This document shows, one piece after another, positions 26,301 to 58,999 of a DNA stretch of 64,000 nt. A model generated the notes under the pieces. The model ran no database searches and was not told where the DNA came from. It was given only the letters and a program-made list of their open reading frames with translations. How positions within the stretch are numbered: position 1 is the first letter of the stretch; each line of letters starts with the position of its first letter. The position numbers were made by a program, and so were the translations under genes. Source of the DNA: Tubiluchus corallicola (Eukaryota; Animalia; Priapulida); contig JAQGDQ010000127.1 of assembly GCA_030141605.1 (NCBI GenBank), positions 124,001-188,000 on the forward strand. Direction: 5' to 3'.

Positions 26301-28722
26301 TTAAGCTCAGCACACAAGTTATACAACACAGTTTATTAAATATGAGTTCCTGCATATTTGTAATTTTTTTGTAATTAAATTTTCACATTCATTATAGTAG
26401 TACAAGACATATATACAAAGTAAAATTATAACACAAAATAATCAAGTAACATGATTTCAAATAACAGTTTACATTCAGAGGTCTTGCCTATTGTACTGCG
26501 GAAAGTTGAAGAAGCTGAGAGCTTGTAAAAGCTTTCGAGAATATGAAAGGAGAGAAGAAGCAAAGTTTGTAATAACGCTTGAGAAAAACTACTGCGAAGA
26601 GTGGAGAAAGAGAAGGGGAGGATGGAATCTATAGTGTAATAAGTACTATAATTAATAAATTTTTGTAAATTATTTATTGATAATAGCCTAGATGTTACTA
26701 GGTGCTGCTGCAGCTGCAACAGATGCTTCAGGGAGAATTACTGTACTGTAATTATTGAAATATTAGCTTTGTATTTATTTTTTAAATTTCCATGTTGATG
26801 AATCTTTAATTCATCATCTAATTCATTCCAAATCCTTAGATCAGCTTTGGCATTGAACTGGCATGCCACATCTGTTCTGGAAAAATTAATAACAAACTAA
26901 TTTCTTTTAATAGCAACATTAAACATTAAACCGAGCTGGGTTTTTAAAAAAGTGGGAAATAGATTGCGCCATCTATGTTTGATTATTCTAATTTATTCTA
27001 AAATGCTTGGTAAATTAAAAAATATATTAATTTTCTAAGAACGTGCCAAAATGCATATTTTGAAGTTTAAACTATCAAACTAATCATCCTATCAGAAACC
27101 TTTTCTTTACAAAAAAATGTATAGCAATGCAGCCAGCCAGTAAAAAATGTTTTTCAAAAATTGCTCGCACATGTGTTAATGAAATTGCTTCAAGGCCTGC
27201 ATATGTGCAATACAGAAATTAACAAGCTGTTAGTAGTTGCTTTGTAAAAGCTGCATGTAGTTTGAGCATTTTGGCTAGTTGTCTATTTTTGCATGCTGTT
27301 AAATTAATTATAGCACGAACAAGAACAGATAGTGAACAAGAAACTGCAAGAATGATAGAAGAACCGGGAGAACCCAGTTCTATAGCTTAATGAATCTACA
27401 GACAGGTACAAAAATTATAATAGCTTTTACTGGGTCATGGTGTTATGTTGTTAGTTTTGGCTGGTGGCGCCATCTATTAGTGGGAAAGTAAACTAGTGAA
27501 TACAAAAATGATTTTTATTAGCATTTTCCTTAAATAATCAAGTTAATTTTTGTGAACTACTGTAAAAATTTAGGTAACAGATTTTATATTTTTGTTTGTC
27601 TAAAACATCCACTGAATATAACTTGAGAAAATAAAAATACACCATTTTGCAATTTTTTCTAGCTGCCCTACCTACTGGCTGAAATTATAACTAAAATCAG
27701 CTTTACTTGTACAAAATTAATAAAATTTAATAATTCATTAGTACTTTTTAATATAAATTCACACAATATTATTTATCAATTTTTTTATTGTAAATGATGA
27801 CGTTTTGAGAATACACTTGTTCTCATCTTCAAATCACTATAACATATGATATGATGATATGTTATAGTGATCGAAAGATAAGAAGCATGTTCTCGGAATG
27901 TCCTTGTTTACAATAAAAAAAAAATTATAAAAAAATATTGTGAGATATTACACAAAAATCGGTTCATTCGTGATACAAAGAATTTTATAATAATAATAAT
28001 TTATTGGTAGTTTAGCCTCTAATATATTAATACTTAAAATGCTTTTGTTGTAACTTTTAGGCATAAGACAAAAAATACTAAAATCCAGTGTTACTGGGTC
28101 ATACATACCAAACAGTTTTCATAATTTAGTACTTGTACAAACAAACTTAATATTGTTTCAATGAGTAATAGTGTTAACCCATGACAACTAAAAGGTTCCA
28201 AAAATAAACACATTTTAATTTATGGAAGGAATCTCGCAGAAATCCAGATCATTGTATTTGATTTTGATATGCAGTTTAGCTATCTGCATGGATTAGTTGT
28301 TGAAATAATTCAGCTAAATCAAATTCATGTTTATTGAAATGTGTTTTGATGTCTGCATGTGCATTTGAAAAACTGCTTCCGTGCGCATTTATTCGAGCAA
28401 GAGCCATGCATTGCAAAGCTATCCATTGCCATTGCACTGTAGCATATAAATAAGTGAAATAAACATTGTAGCCTTTACAGTATGCTAATCTGTTATCTGC
28501 TACTTTCTAGGTCAACTGTCTTTACTAAAAGATAACACATCTCGTGCAGCTTTACTGCACAACTCTGACACTCAGAATACCATGGTGTCTACGGCAAGTG
28601 GCGACTTTGATGACAGAGTAGAGAACATTAATTCTCCATCAGGTAAAGTGCACTGGGACATTCAAGGTAATCTTGACAATGATGTGTCTTATTTACCATT
28701 TGCAAGAGAATCACACAAGTAA
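11280..28722 (+). CDS. SLC26A11: SLC26A11-like sodium-independent sulfate/anion transporter (SulP transmembrane domain + STAS), spliced gene of 18 coding exons, ~711 aa
   Basis: Manually joined exons 11280-11311, 14213-14483, 14871-15078, 16049-16134, 16702-16796, 17386-17440, 18034-18121, 18360-18535, 19687-19759, 20961-21128, 21597-21737, 23219-23277, 23540-23680, 24179-24287, 24543-24610, 24930-24995, 25105-25192, 28511-28722. Total 2136 nt, one open frame, all introns GT-AG. SLC26 motifs: DFIAGLTVGLTVIPQGLAYA, YGLYSAFMG, GTSKDVTLGPTAIMSL, SGFTSAAA, LESIVIAKAF, YPVTGSFSRTAVN, STAS-like VIFDCTHISGTDFT. These are closest to the SLC26A11 subfamily as I recall it. The first and last exons are less certain than the core. 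Confidence 0.93.
12669..12845 (+). repeat. ~180-bp interspersed repeat, copy 2
   Basis: Direct repeat of 9714-9896. Confidence 0.85.
14213..14483 (+). CDS. SLC26A11: SLC26A11-like exon 2
   Basis: tttttttacag acceptor; RLPILKWAPQY...DFIAGLTVGLTVIPQGLAYASVAQLPLQ; CAG|gttagt. Internal ATG at 14235 is an alternative start. Confidence 0.93.
14871..15078 (+). CDS. SLC26A11: SLC26A11-like exon 3
   Basis: ttacag|YGLYSAFMGCFVYFFMGTSKDVTLGPTAIMSL...MGVLNL G|gtaaaa. Confidence 0.95.
16049..16134 (+). CDS. SLC26A11: SLC26A11-like exon 4
   Basis: ttacag|(G)FVVSFLSLPVVSGFTSAAAIIIGFGQVK|gtaaga. Confidence 0.93.
16702..16796 (+). CDS. SLC26A11: SLC26A11-like exon 5
   Basis: atacag|KVLGVSVHKHEGHVAAFVFDVIGTCKEIPKT(R)|gtagat; phases match both neighbours. 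Confidence 0.85.
17386..17440 (+). CDS. SLC26A11: SLC26A11-like exon 6
   Basis: tttcag|WQDLVLGLVCIAILFAMK|gtatgt. Confidence 0.9.
18034..18121 (+). CDS. SLC26A11: SLC26A11-like exon 7
   Basis: ttgcag|RLKDIKLFTNQQPTVLTRIVKKILWLLGT|gtatat. Confidence 0.88.
18360..18535 (+). CDS. SLC26A11: SLC26A11-like exon 8
   Basis: ttttag|(A)RNAVIVII...PFTLTGEVKPGLPSFELP...GEIFS|gtatgt. Confidence 0.92.
19687..19759 (+). CDS. SLC26A11: SLC26A11-like exon 9
   Basis: tcacag|QLSSGLAVVPLIGMLESIVIAKAF|gtaaga. Confidence 0.93.
20610..20714. repeat. perfect 29-bp inverted repeat around a (TA)n tract
   Basis: 20610-20638 CCTTTTATAATATTCCTAACTTTTACCTT is the exact reverse complement of 20686-20714. Confidence 0.95.
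20961..21128 (+). CDS. SLC26A11: SLC26A11-like exon 10
   Basis: ttttag|(A)RKNQYKIDPTQELLAIG...YPVTGSFSRTAVNSQSSVKTPAGGVIT|gtaagc. Confidence 0.95.
21597..21737 (+). CDS. SLC26A11: SLC26A11-like exon 11
   Basis: ttccag|(G)VLVLLALSLL...FIPQATLAAVIICAV...LWKTK|gtaagt. Confidence 0.94.
23219..23277 (+). CDS. SLC26A11: SLC26A11-like exon 12
   Basis: ttacag|(K)IDIIPLALTFFACLFIGIE|gtaagt. Confidence 0.92.
23540..23680 (+). CDS. SLC26A11: SLC26A11-like exon 13
   Basis: tttcaag (less common AAG acceptor)|YGILAGVGISIIFLLYHMARP...NHN|gtaagt. Confidence 0.9.
24179..24287 (+). CDS. SLC26A11: SLC26A11-like exon 14 (STAS start)
   Basis: atatag|MHVSRVSDSIVIQPGISLYFPSTTYLIDTVSKCSTR|gtgaat. Confidence 0.85.
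24543..24610 (+). CDS. SLC26A11: SLC26A11-like exon 15 (STAS)
   Basis: ttgtag|(E)DIPNPVIFDCTHISGTDFTTVQ|gtaaca. Confidence 0.9.
24930..24995 (+). CDS. SLC26A11: SLC26A11-like exon 16 (STAS)
   Basis: tcccag|GFKQIVEEFESRNQPIIFCCMQ|gtaagt. Confidence 0.9.
25105..25192 (+). CDS. SLC26A11: SLC26A11-like exon 17
   Basis: ttgtag|APILSTVESAHIKGFRHCNTVVEAYNIMA|gtaaaa. Confidence 0.87.
27762..27942. repeat. imperfect ~180-bp palindrome (foldback/MITE-like)
   Basis: Core ATCACTATAACATAT / ATATGTTATAGTGAT; outer arms ttttttattgtaaa / tttacaataaaaaa and cacaatatt / aatattgtg. Confidence 0.8.
28511..28722 (+). CDS. SLC26A11: SLC26A11-like terminal coding exon
   Basis: tttctag acceptor in phase 1; open 70-codon hydrophilic tail GQLSLLKDN...DVSYLPFARESHK-TAA, followed by a T-rich UTR-like region. 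Confidence 0.72.
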
Positions 28723-31079
28723 AGACCATTGATAGCATTATTGAAAGGTGTCGCTTTAACTGCTTGCACAGTGCACTATTCCGAATACTACATGCCAACT
28801 AAACCAGCTTATAACCTCGCGCTTGTTGGCATGACAACGTTGTCCCATTGTTATACAACCTGTGGGCAGCTGCCTGCTTAACGATTATCACGATGGTACA
28901 TGTAGTCACTTGTGGTGACTTTTGAATGATGTGTGGTTTGTGTGCCTTTACTGTAAATTGTGAATTTTCACCTGAACTTAAATTATCTTTATTTTTAAAT
29001 ACTTCGCTTTGTAATATATAAGATACGTTAGTAAGAGTACTTTTATTTCCTGACATGATATTTTACCGATTGAAGTTAGAGATGGTGCTCTGCGACACTC
29101 GTCCTGTTGAGTGACTTTAATCTTAATCTTCATTTGTACGTAGTCTCTTTAGCTTATAAGAATAATATCAATAATTGCAGGTGACAGTTTTTAGTACAGC
29201 TTGTAAGGTATTTGTAAAAATGTAATAATAAATGATAATACATTTGCCTCATAAAATGTAAAAATGTTAAGCAAACAGTTGATGATTATTTCTTTTTGCG
29301 TACATGCTTTTCCAGGCTTCTGTTTCTAATTTGTATTGTATTAAGGCAATGATGCATTGTAGGTTTTATTGGTTTTTCTTTTTTTATACGTTCTTGATAA
29401 AAACTTTATAAAAGTTAATATGATGGGTACTTGATTTTTTATGTGATTCCTGTACTTTATTGGGAAATACTATCAGAATAGTTGTTTGCCTTTTGGCTTA
29501 GAATTATTTTTGCAGCTAATGCAGGCCTTGGTGAGGTGTTAGCTTTTAAATGAATTCCAAGATATGGCTACAGAGGCTTTTTGAAATCATTATGATAATA
29601 AATTTGATCACTAAATTGTGCAAATGTCATAAAATTTTACTGATGAGTTTTTGTGATCCGTTTAGTCTCTCAGTTAATTTAATATAACATTGAAAGTGTT
29701 ACTAGAATTTTTTCCACTTAACTGCTAGGACGAGCCCATTGGAAGTGTCATTGATCTCATACATAAACTGGTAATGTGTTTTCTTGTGTAGCAAATTGCC
29801 ATTGCTTATCATATTGGTCTGTGAGACTGTGATTGTTATTTTTTACCATGTTAAAGGGTCATTTGTGTCACAATACTGTTACTTTTGTAAGCATATCATG
29901 ATTTCCTTAAAGAAAGAATTTGTGAGAAGACAATGGGTGGTATTGCACACACTATGTCTGTTCACATTTTTGATGAGCAAATTATAAGGAAAGAGAAAAT
30001 GATACAACTATAACTGTCGACAGCATCCATCATTATAGCATGAAAACTGGGTACACGTTAGTGTGCATTCTATTTCCAAGTAAAGTGTATTCTATTTCCA
30101 ACATCTATTTCGAAGGATTTAAATTAAATATAATATCCTGACTAATGTCCTAGTTGGTTATTAGAAGATGTGATTTATTTAAAATTAGGGGATCAAACGC
30201 AAGCAATTTTTGCTGCTTATTTTATATTGTATTGATTTTATTGCAAAATACTTTTAATTCTAGATTAATTAATGATATGTTAAGTGATACAATCACTGTA
30301 ATAATTAAGCTTGTTGTAAACAAGGGTGCCAACAAACTTTTCTCAAGCTATTTTACAATTAGTATATGTTAAATCTTGGTGCCCATAAATGTGCCAAGTT
30401 CGCAACAATTATAATTTTCTGAGTGTTTCAGAATCTTTACAAAGAATATCCTTATCCAATGTGCATTTTATCTTTTCTTGAGAATTATATTATTGTTATA
30501 ATGCTCATATTGTGATGTAATGGATATCTGGGGTAGCTGAAATTGTTTTAATTTCACATCTCCATGGCAGTTGGCTATCACCTGTGAGATTTATTGTGTG
30601 AGAAGTTTGTTGTTGTTTATTTATTAGTTAAGTTAGCTTTTTCTTACTGTAAGCTGCGTAGAGTTTCTATTGTTGACCTACTTGCTTTAGTCATTATGAC
30701 TGATTCTTTACAGATTTTTTTATAGATTTGATTGTGTTCATTAAAAACCTTATTATGTCAATGAAGAAAATGAAGAATGAGGTGTAAATTTTCAATGCTT
30801 CTGGATAGGGTATCTTTTTGTTCTGATTCTGTATTTTTAAAACTGGTTTGTGAAATAACAGTTCTTGCATCTGATTTAGTAAGAATGACTTTCTGATGAA
30901 ATTGTTTTCATTTCTATCATTTATTGCGTTTGAAGCTTATAAGAGCTACTACTGAGCAAATTTTTCTGTATTTGATGTCAAAAGCATATTTTTTGTAAGT
31001 TTGTGTAAGTGTAGAATAGTGTGTGCTGTTAGTGAATATTCTTATTGTGTGTTTTTTCTACATGTACCTGAAACGCACT

Positions 31080-31085
31080 AATAAA
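31080..31085 (+). promoter_or_regulatory. candidate polyadenylation signal of the SLC26A11-like gene
   Basis: AATAAA located where the T-rich plus-strand skew that follows the stop codon ends. Confidence 0.3.
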
Positions 31086-33141
31086 ACTAGCGTGGTATTA
31101 ACGTCAATTACTATGTTAATATTTTTGATCAAAATTCGTTTGTACTACGAGAAAATAAGTAACGCCTCTCTCTCCCCCCCTTCCTCTCTCTCTCTCTCTC
31201 CCCCCCCTCTCTCTCTCATCCGATTCCATGAGAAAAAAACCTGCAATGTTAATGACGCTGCTGTACCCTTATACACAAGTCTACTGATACTGTGTCGAGT
31301 CAACATCTACATGTATCTGATTCTTCCTGGCAGGCCTGCACTAAGAGAAAGTTATGTTGCCCAAAGGTTGGTCAACGTAAGCGTATGCTATTTAAAACAT
31401 GTCTTCTTGCGCAACAAGTTGCGAAAGCGCTCTTTAAACGCGCCATAAAGTCAGTGGAACGCATGGGTTCCAATTAACAATAGAAAATTACTGAAAATGT
31501 TCTGGTGATTTGAATACGATAAGCTGATAAAAATTATTAATGCACTACTGTAATTCAATGGGAATAAAACTGAATCTAAATGTCTCCTTTTCTGAAATTA
31601 ATACAAATTGGTAATTTACCACCTTAAGTCTCTGTGTAATTAGATACCCTCTCACAGTGCGTAAAGAAATCACCAGGAATTCCACAACGAGGGGCAAATT
31701 TGGCGATGATTCATTCAAATCTACGTTTGAACTTCACAACAATTGAAAAATTGTAGGAGGAATGTCATGCAATTAAATGCACTTTTCTTCAAATTAATGA
31801 AGATCAAAGAATAAAACCTGCCCTTACGGCTTAAGGAAATAGATAACAAATGGTGCTATCTACCAGGCAAAAATGCATTTCAGGAAGCTTGCGAAAAGGA
31901 AAATTATGCATTCGAGCCAGATAACTGGTATTCTACTTGTTAAAGTGCAGCTACGCCTCTCTCCTCTTCATTTGCCTCTTGGCAAATATGAAAGATAATT
32001 TGAGGCAAAAGCTCCAAATTGACGTCAAACATATTGGTCTATCGCTCCGCCCCGCTGTAACGTAAGCACGCTCAGCAGCATTCGGGACAGCTCACGCACG
32101 ACAACAATTGTCTAAGCTAAGCTAAACTAAACTAAACAACATGACAGTCATAACTAATGTCTAATCAGTAGATAAACTGATTGCACTTTTTCATAAACAC
32201 AAATTTTCAGACCAGCAGCTATTTTTGCACGAAATTAACTTCAAGTAGCCAAAAAATGACTTTTCAATTTAAACAGAATGTAGAGACGAAGTTTCAAAGC
32301 ACTACAAAATACAAAGACGTAAGTATATATCTAATATAGAAACTAAGCCAGTTAGCCTTGGTTTACAATAAATGAGCTACAAAAGTATTGTCTCTCTCGC
32401 CTTTGAATATATGAACATCATGCCTGCGATGTATCTTTCCATATTAACTTCTCATGTGCAACATTTATTCAGTTTTTGTATAATTCCGTTTGTTAGGCTA
32501 CGGAAGTGGAATAAATTTGATTGTTCCATTCTATAGGCGACTTTTATATTGAATGCCCGAGTTACGTAAGTCCCAATGGCATCTTTTCACCGTGATTTAT
32601 AATCAGAAAAATAGCGTAAAATTAACAAATATCGCATTGATGTATAATATAAGTTTTGACCACATTTGAATTAATTTTGAGTGTGAAGATCTCATTATAG
32701 TTTATAAAAACTGGCCAGAAAAGAAAACATTTTGTTTTGTCCTTATTTAAAGTTAATGAAATAGTTGTTTTTATCTAACTTCCAAAAGGAAAAAACTAAA
32801 CTAAACTGCGTATTTTCTTGATTGCAAAATAGCTTAATCGGCAACTCACAGACGTAAGCGTTGTGCATTTCTTCCTATAAACGAAGCTGGACTGTATATT
32901 TCCACTGATTCACTTGCAATTTCAATTGACAGTAGCAAAATCTAGAACCAGGCTAATATTTCTCCCACTATCTAATGAAAAGTTGAGCATTTTTCGTAAC
33001 AGTATTAGAGGCAGCTGTAGCTAAATGTCCCGAACACACCTGCGTTAATTAAGCTCTGCAGGGGTGCAAAATAAATTGCACGCTGATTGGGCAGTCAAAG
33101 AAAATGATTGACATTATGTTAGACGTCATTTTATTGCTGGA

Positions 33142-33531
33142 TCGAGAGCTGCAAGTCATTTTGCAAAAGAGTTGGTTTCAGCCACTGTGAAATTTGTAGC
33201 TGTAATGCAAAGTCAAACACCTGCTCATTTATTATTTGAATGTATTTTTATGGATTCAAACATAAGAACAGAACTGGAAAATATTATCGTGTCCAAACAC
33301 GTCAAGGATATTTTCTTTTTCCGAAATGAAACAGCTTGCTTAATATTCACAAAAATTGTAAACTGTAATTTTGTAGCAATTAAGTTGAGATAAAAGCCCA
33401 AAGTTGTACTTACCTCGAGAGCTGCATGTCATTCTGAAAAAAGTTGGTTTCAATCACTGCGAAATTTGTAGATGCAGTACAAGAAGTCAGCCACTTCTCA
33501 CGTATACAATATTTGAATGAAGTTTTATGGA
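33142..33531 (+). repeat. diverged ~115-bp direct repeat pair (33142-33254, 33415-33531)
   Basis: Shared tcgagagctgca.gtcatt, agttggtttca..cactg.gaaatttgtag, atttgaatg. Confidence 0.8.
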
Positions 33532-33702
33532 ATGTAGTTTAACAAAATAGTGTTATATAACATAATATCAAAATGAAAGTAAGGAAAACGTATTTACATT
33601 GGTTAAACTATCGGAAGTTGAGTGTGTTGTAGCAAATCAGGCTGTTACATCATTCCTACTCTTGTGCAAAACACAACAAATTTGGGGAAAACGAATTCTT
33701 AG

Positions 33703-33988
33703 AATACAAAATAACAGCCCGCACTCACTTAAGAAAAGACATGGCTTTGGTTCAGATACTCCATCTACAACGTTTCGACATGGAAATACTGTGTAAAAAA
33801 TATATGCAAAAATCAACACTGTGACAAGCAAACAAGCCAATATTAAATATATAATAAATTTTCATATCGTGTTATCCAGTTGATTGTTGCATGAAGATGA
33901 TGCGTTAACCAAGTGAAAACGTTGCAGATGGTGTATCTGAATAAAAACCATGTCTTTTCTTAAGTGGATCCTGGCTGCTATTTTATTT
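33703..33988. mobile_element. Penelope-like pseudo-LTR remnant arranged as a ~75-bp inverted repeat
   Basis: Arms 33703-33776 and 33915-33988 (cacttaagaaaagacatgg / ccatgtcttttcttaagtg); TGAAGA...GAAAACGTTGCA motif in the right arm. The inverted repeat is seen directly; the Penelope assignment is inference. Confidence 0.5.
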
Positions 33989-34759
33989 TAAAAATATTAA
34001 CTATGTGAAATTATAGCATTGTACCATTCAATACCATTCCAGGTATTATGCAAATATGTAATTAATAACTATAGCCACTTTAAAAGAAATAAAAATGTAA
34101 TTTTGTGTGTATTGAAGCCAGATAATGAATTTTGCTTTTCTAACTTGATTACTGTCTGTATATTGTATGTAAATGCAAGTTCTTTATAATTTGAATAAAA
34201 TATTTATAATAATGATAATAATAACCATATAGTAGTGATAATACAATAAACACGGCATATATAACAATTACGGACGCGACAAATATCAGCATAAATATTG
34301 ACGAAAAACATTTTGCAAAAGTATTAAAAAGTTTGGTAGCTATGGGTTATAGACTTTTACTTTGTAACAGTAAAATACCGAGATATGTCGCTAACGAGGG
34401 AATACTTCGAGGTCGATTGGCCGATTACCCTACTCCGAGTATAATAATCACGCATCATTCTAACAAAGTACTGTATTGAAACCCCTTTGTACACGTTGAT
34501 ACTGACGCGCGGACGTCAAATACACTCTACCGTATATTTAGTGTCACTTTCCTGGTCATGTGCAGCTCGCATAGATAAATATTTCTGTGGCAGTAATACG
34601 TTTATCTGTTGAAGCTTACTTATTTGCGAATCATTATGACAAACAAACTTGTGTTTCTTAACTAGCAGTCATTTAAATATACAGTACTGAACGCATTGAA
34701 GAACTTAAAAATTTTAATTATTCATGATACTTCTGTTGTTACATAAATTGTTTAACTTC

Positions 34760-34895
34760 AGTATCGTTTTTGTCGTTCAAAATAATTTATCGTATTATAT
34801 CGTCTAAAAATAGTTTATCGTTATCGTATCATTGGAAAAACGTATAGCATCGTATCCTTATTGTATCGCCAAATTTGTATCATTTAACATCCCTA
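34760..34895. mobile_element. single end of a hAT-like element
   Basis: Cluster of TATCG subterminal repeats ending in CATCCCTA (TAGGGATG-type TIR); the other end was not found. Confidence 0.45.
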
Positions 34896-37668
34896 CATGC
34901 AATACGGTAAACTTTATTTAAGGCTTTCCTCGCATAACATGTCTTGAACATTTAGGTGTATTATTTTATTGTAATGTATTTATTTTATTCAAATAAAGAA
35001 TTTTTAATCATGAATAAATCATTTTATCAGTTAACCAATTAACACCAATCAAATCAATCAAGAGATTAATGTAGTTTAATGCAAGAAATTTTTATTTGTA
35101 CGTATACAAAGTGATAAAAATTTAATGACAATAATATTTAAAATAATAAATGTGGAAAAATAAAAATGTAAGCTTTGTTTTATGTGTGTACTGCTTGAGA
35201 ACATAAGTTCTATGCAGACAAATACAGTATTTAATATGACAAATAATTATTATTTGCAAGATAAGCAGCATAAAAAGAATGCGCATACAATGCACGTATA
35301 ATGTAGTAGGCCTGATATTAGGCCTATAGTACTTGACTGATTCTTTGACTATATACTTGGCACAATGAAAAGATCACATTCTACACTAAAACACATGCCT
35401 TAACATAATAATAATAATAATAATAATAATAGTAATAATAATAATAATATTAACAAACAAATAAACATATTATTAATTTAAAATTCATATTACAGTACTT
35501 CTTGAAAGATAAAAATACACTTATTATAATTATACTATACTATATGAATATATTAAAGCTAGATCAATTTTATTTTCAGCATATTCTCACTTATTCCATT
35601 ATTGTATGACTAAGCTTTAATTAATGATTTCGCAAAATCACTAACTAATGATTATTCTTTATAATAAACAATGTAACATTTAAAAGGTAATGTTTAAAAT
35701 ATGACATTTAAAAGTTACATGAATAACACATACGATTACAAAAATGTAAGTATAGGCAACTAGGAACTAGGCCAAATAAAAGCTAAATGTGCTAAATGAC
35801 AAAAGAACCAAGAGCACTTAATCAAGTACACCTGTTTAAAAATCCAAATTGCAAACAGTAATTATTTAAATTCTATATTCAAGTAGGGCATACCTCTGTG
35901 GTAAAATTGAGCTGCTACATACTTATACTGCAAGTTTAAACCATTTTGGGTTTTTTTGTGCTCGTTTAGAATTAATTGCACTACAATTCAATATAACGTG
36001 TTACAATATATAATTTTGTATGAAAACCTATGAAGAATTTTTGATGAAAAAGATTTTTACTTCGACACCATTTCCACGTTATCGCAGCTGCAAAACAAAT
36101 TCCAGGATTTTTTTAAATAAAACATGCTCATGACAAACAAAGATAGGCTTATTTCACCAAACTTGTGGTGTTTGTTTCCACAATTTTGCACTTCCTGTCA
36201 TTTTCAGTTAACTTTAAGTACGTACTATTATTATAATGAAAATTTATTCTTTTATATTATCAAAATGAATCAATACAGGCACTTTTGAGCCCATTTCCAA
36301 GCATTAATAAATTCAATGTATTTATAAACTGTAAAAATTCACGTAGCCCTACTGCTCTTTAATCAAAGTCAACAATCACTAAGGCTTACAATCACCTGCT
36401 ATGCACCTTCATGCTTTTAAAACGGTGTATTGTCATAAGCTCCATCCTTTTCATTCCATCTACAAGACGAAAGAACACCTGCATGCAAACTTGTTCAAGA
36501 CATTTAGAGCAACATACTTTAATGCAATACAGAAGTAAGTAGTCATCGAAATAAGCAACATGATTAGAAAGCGGCACATGCTTTGTGGTTGAAGCCATAC
36601 ATACCTATACCAATGTATATGTGCAAAGGCTTCTCTTATTGTCATATTAAATTGCCTATATAATATGTAATGTCAAACCTCAAATCCATCACAACCCAAT
36701 AGTAAAGGTGCACATAACAATGCTGACCATTTTCATGTTTTCAACGTTCCAGCTTATAAGACAAATCATATCACCGAGCTATTTCAAACCATCCAGCATA
36801 CACCATCATGGATATGTTAGAAATCACAAAACAAATATATCATGAATTCTAAGCTCTTATTAAATTTTATGATAAATTTTCTAAAACACCTGCGCAAGTA
36901 ATAAAGTACACAGCATGGTAAAATAACAATAATCTTCTCCCAATTCAACATTAGATTAACAACAATAAGTTAACACAAACAAGTTACTGTAGCTATCACA
37001 GTACATAAGCATACTACAGACACAGAAGCAACAGATTTTGAAGAGATAATAGTTAAAGGCATTACAGTAGATATATCTTCTTATACGAAATCCTCTCGAA
37101 AACTGTATCTGACAGGACAAAGTAAAATACACTTTCACACAAAACTAAAGCATGGATAAAAGAAAGCTATATGCTAGATTACATAGACTGCATATTTTGC
37201 ATAAGATATACCTACATCATTATTTACACTAGCAACAATCTATCTAGTTTAATATTGAAATAGTTCCATTTCATAGCAAAAATTTTAAGTAAAAGTTATT
37301 TATAAGCACATTTAGAAGCACAAGACCTACTTCTACAAGAAAAAATGCAAGGCATTTTTGATCAAACACATTGCAAGGCTAGTACGGCACCGTGAAGATG
37401 GAGCCAGATCAGCTTAACTTAGTAGTAAGTTACATGCAGTATCTCCTATATATTGTACAAACATGAAATTTGTAATTTTTCCGAAAGCGACATAGACGTA
37501 AATATAAGTATAATATATGAGTGTATAATATATATGTTCCTACAATATATATTATAGGAACATGGAGCAGTATACACTATACAGGCATACATTACTACGC
37601 AGTTTTAGCTATCAGCCAAAGAACAAAAGCTGGCAGCAGCAAAAACAGATTACATGCATTTCAGACCC

Positions 37669-58999
<21,331 letters not shown>

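Noticed and set aside
26479-26528. Alternative terminal exon EVLPIVLRKVEEAESL*
   Set aside because: Phase fits, but the acceptor lacks a pyrimidine tract and nothing else supports it
31023-31477. 141-aa ORF downstream of SLC26A11
   Set aside because: Non-ATG start, spans a CT repeat, no recognisable motif
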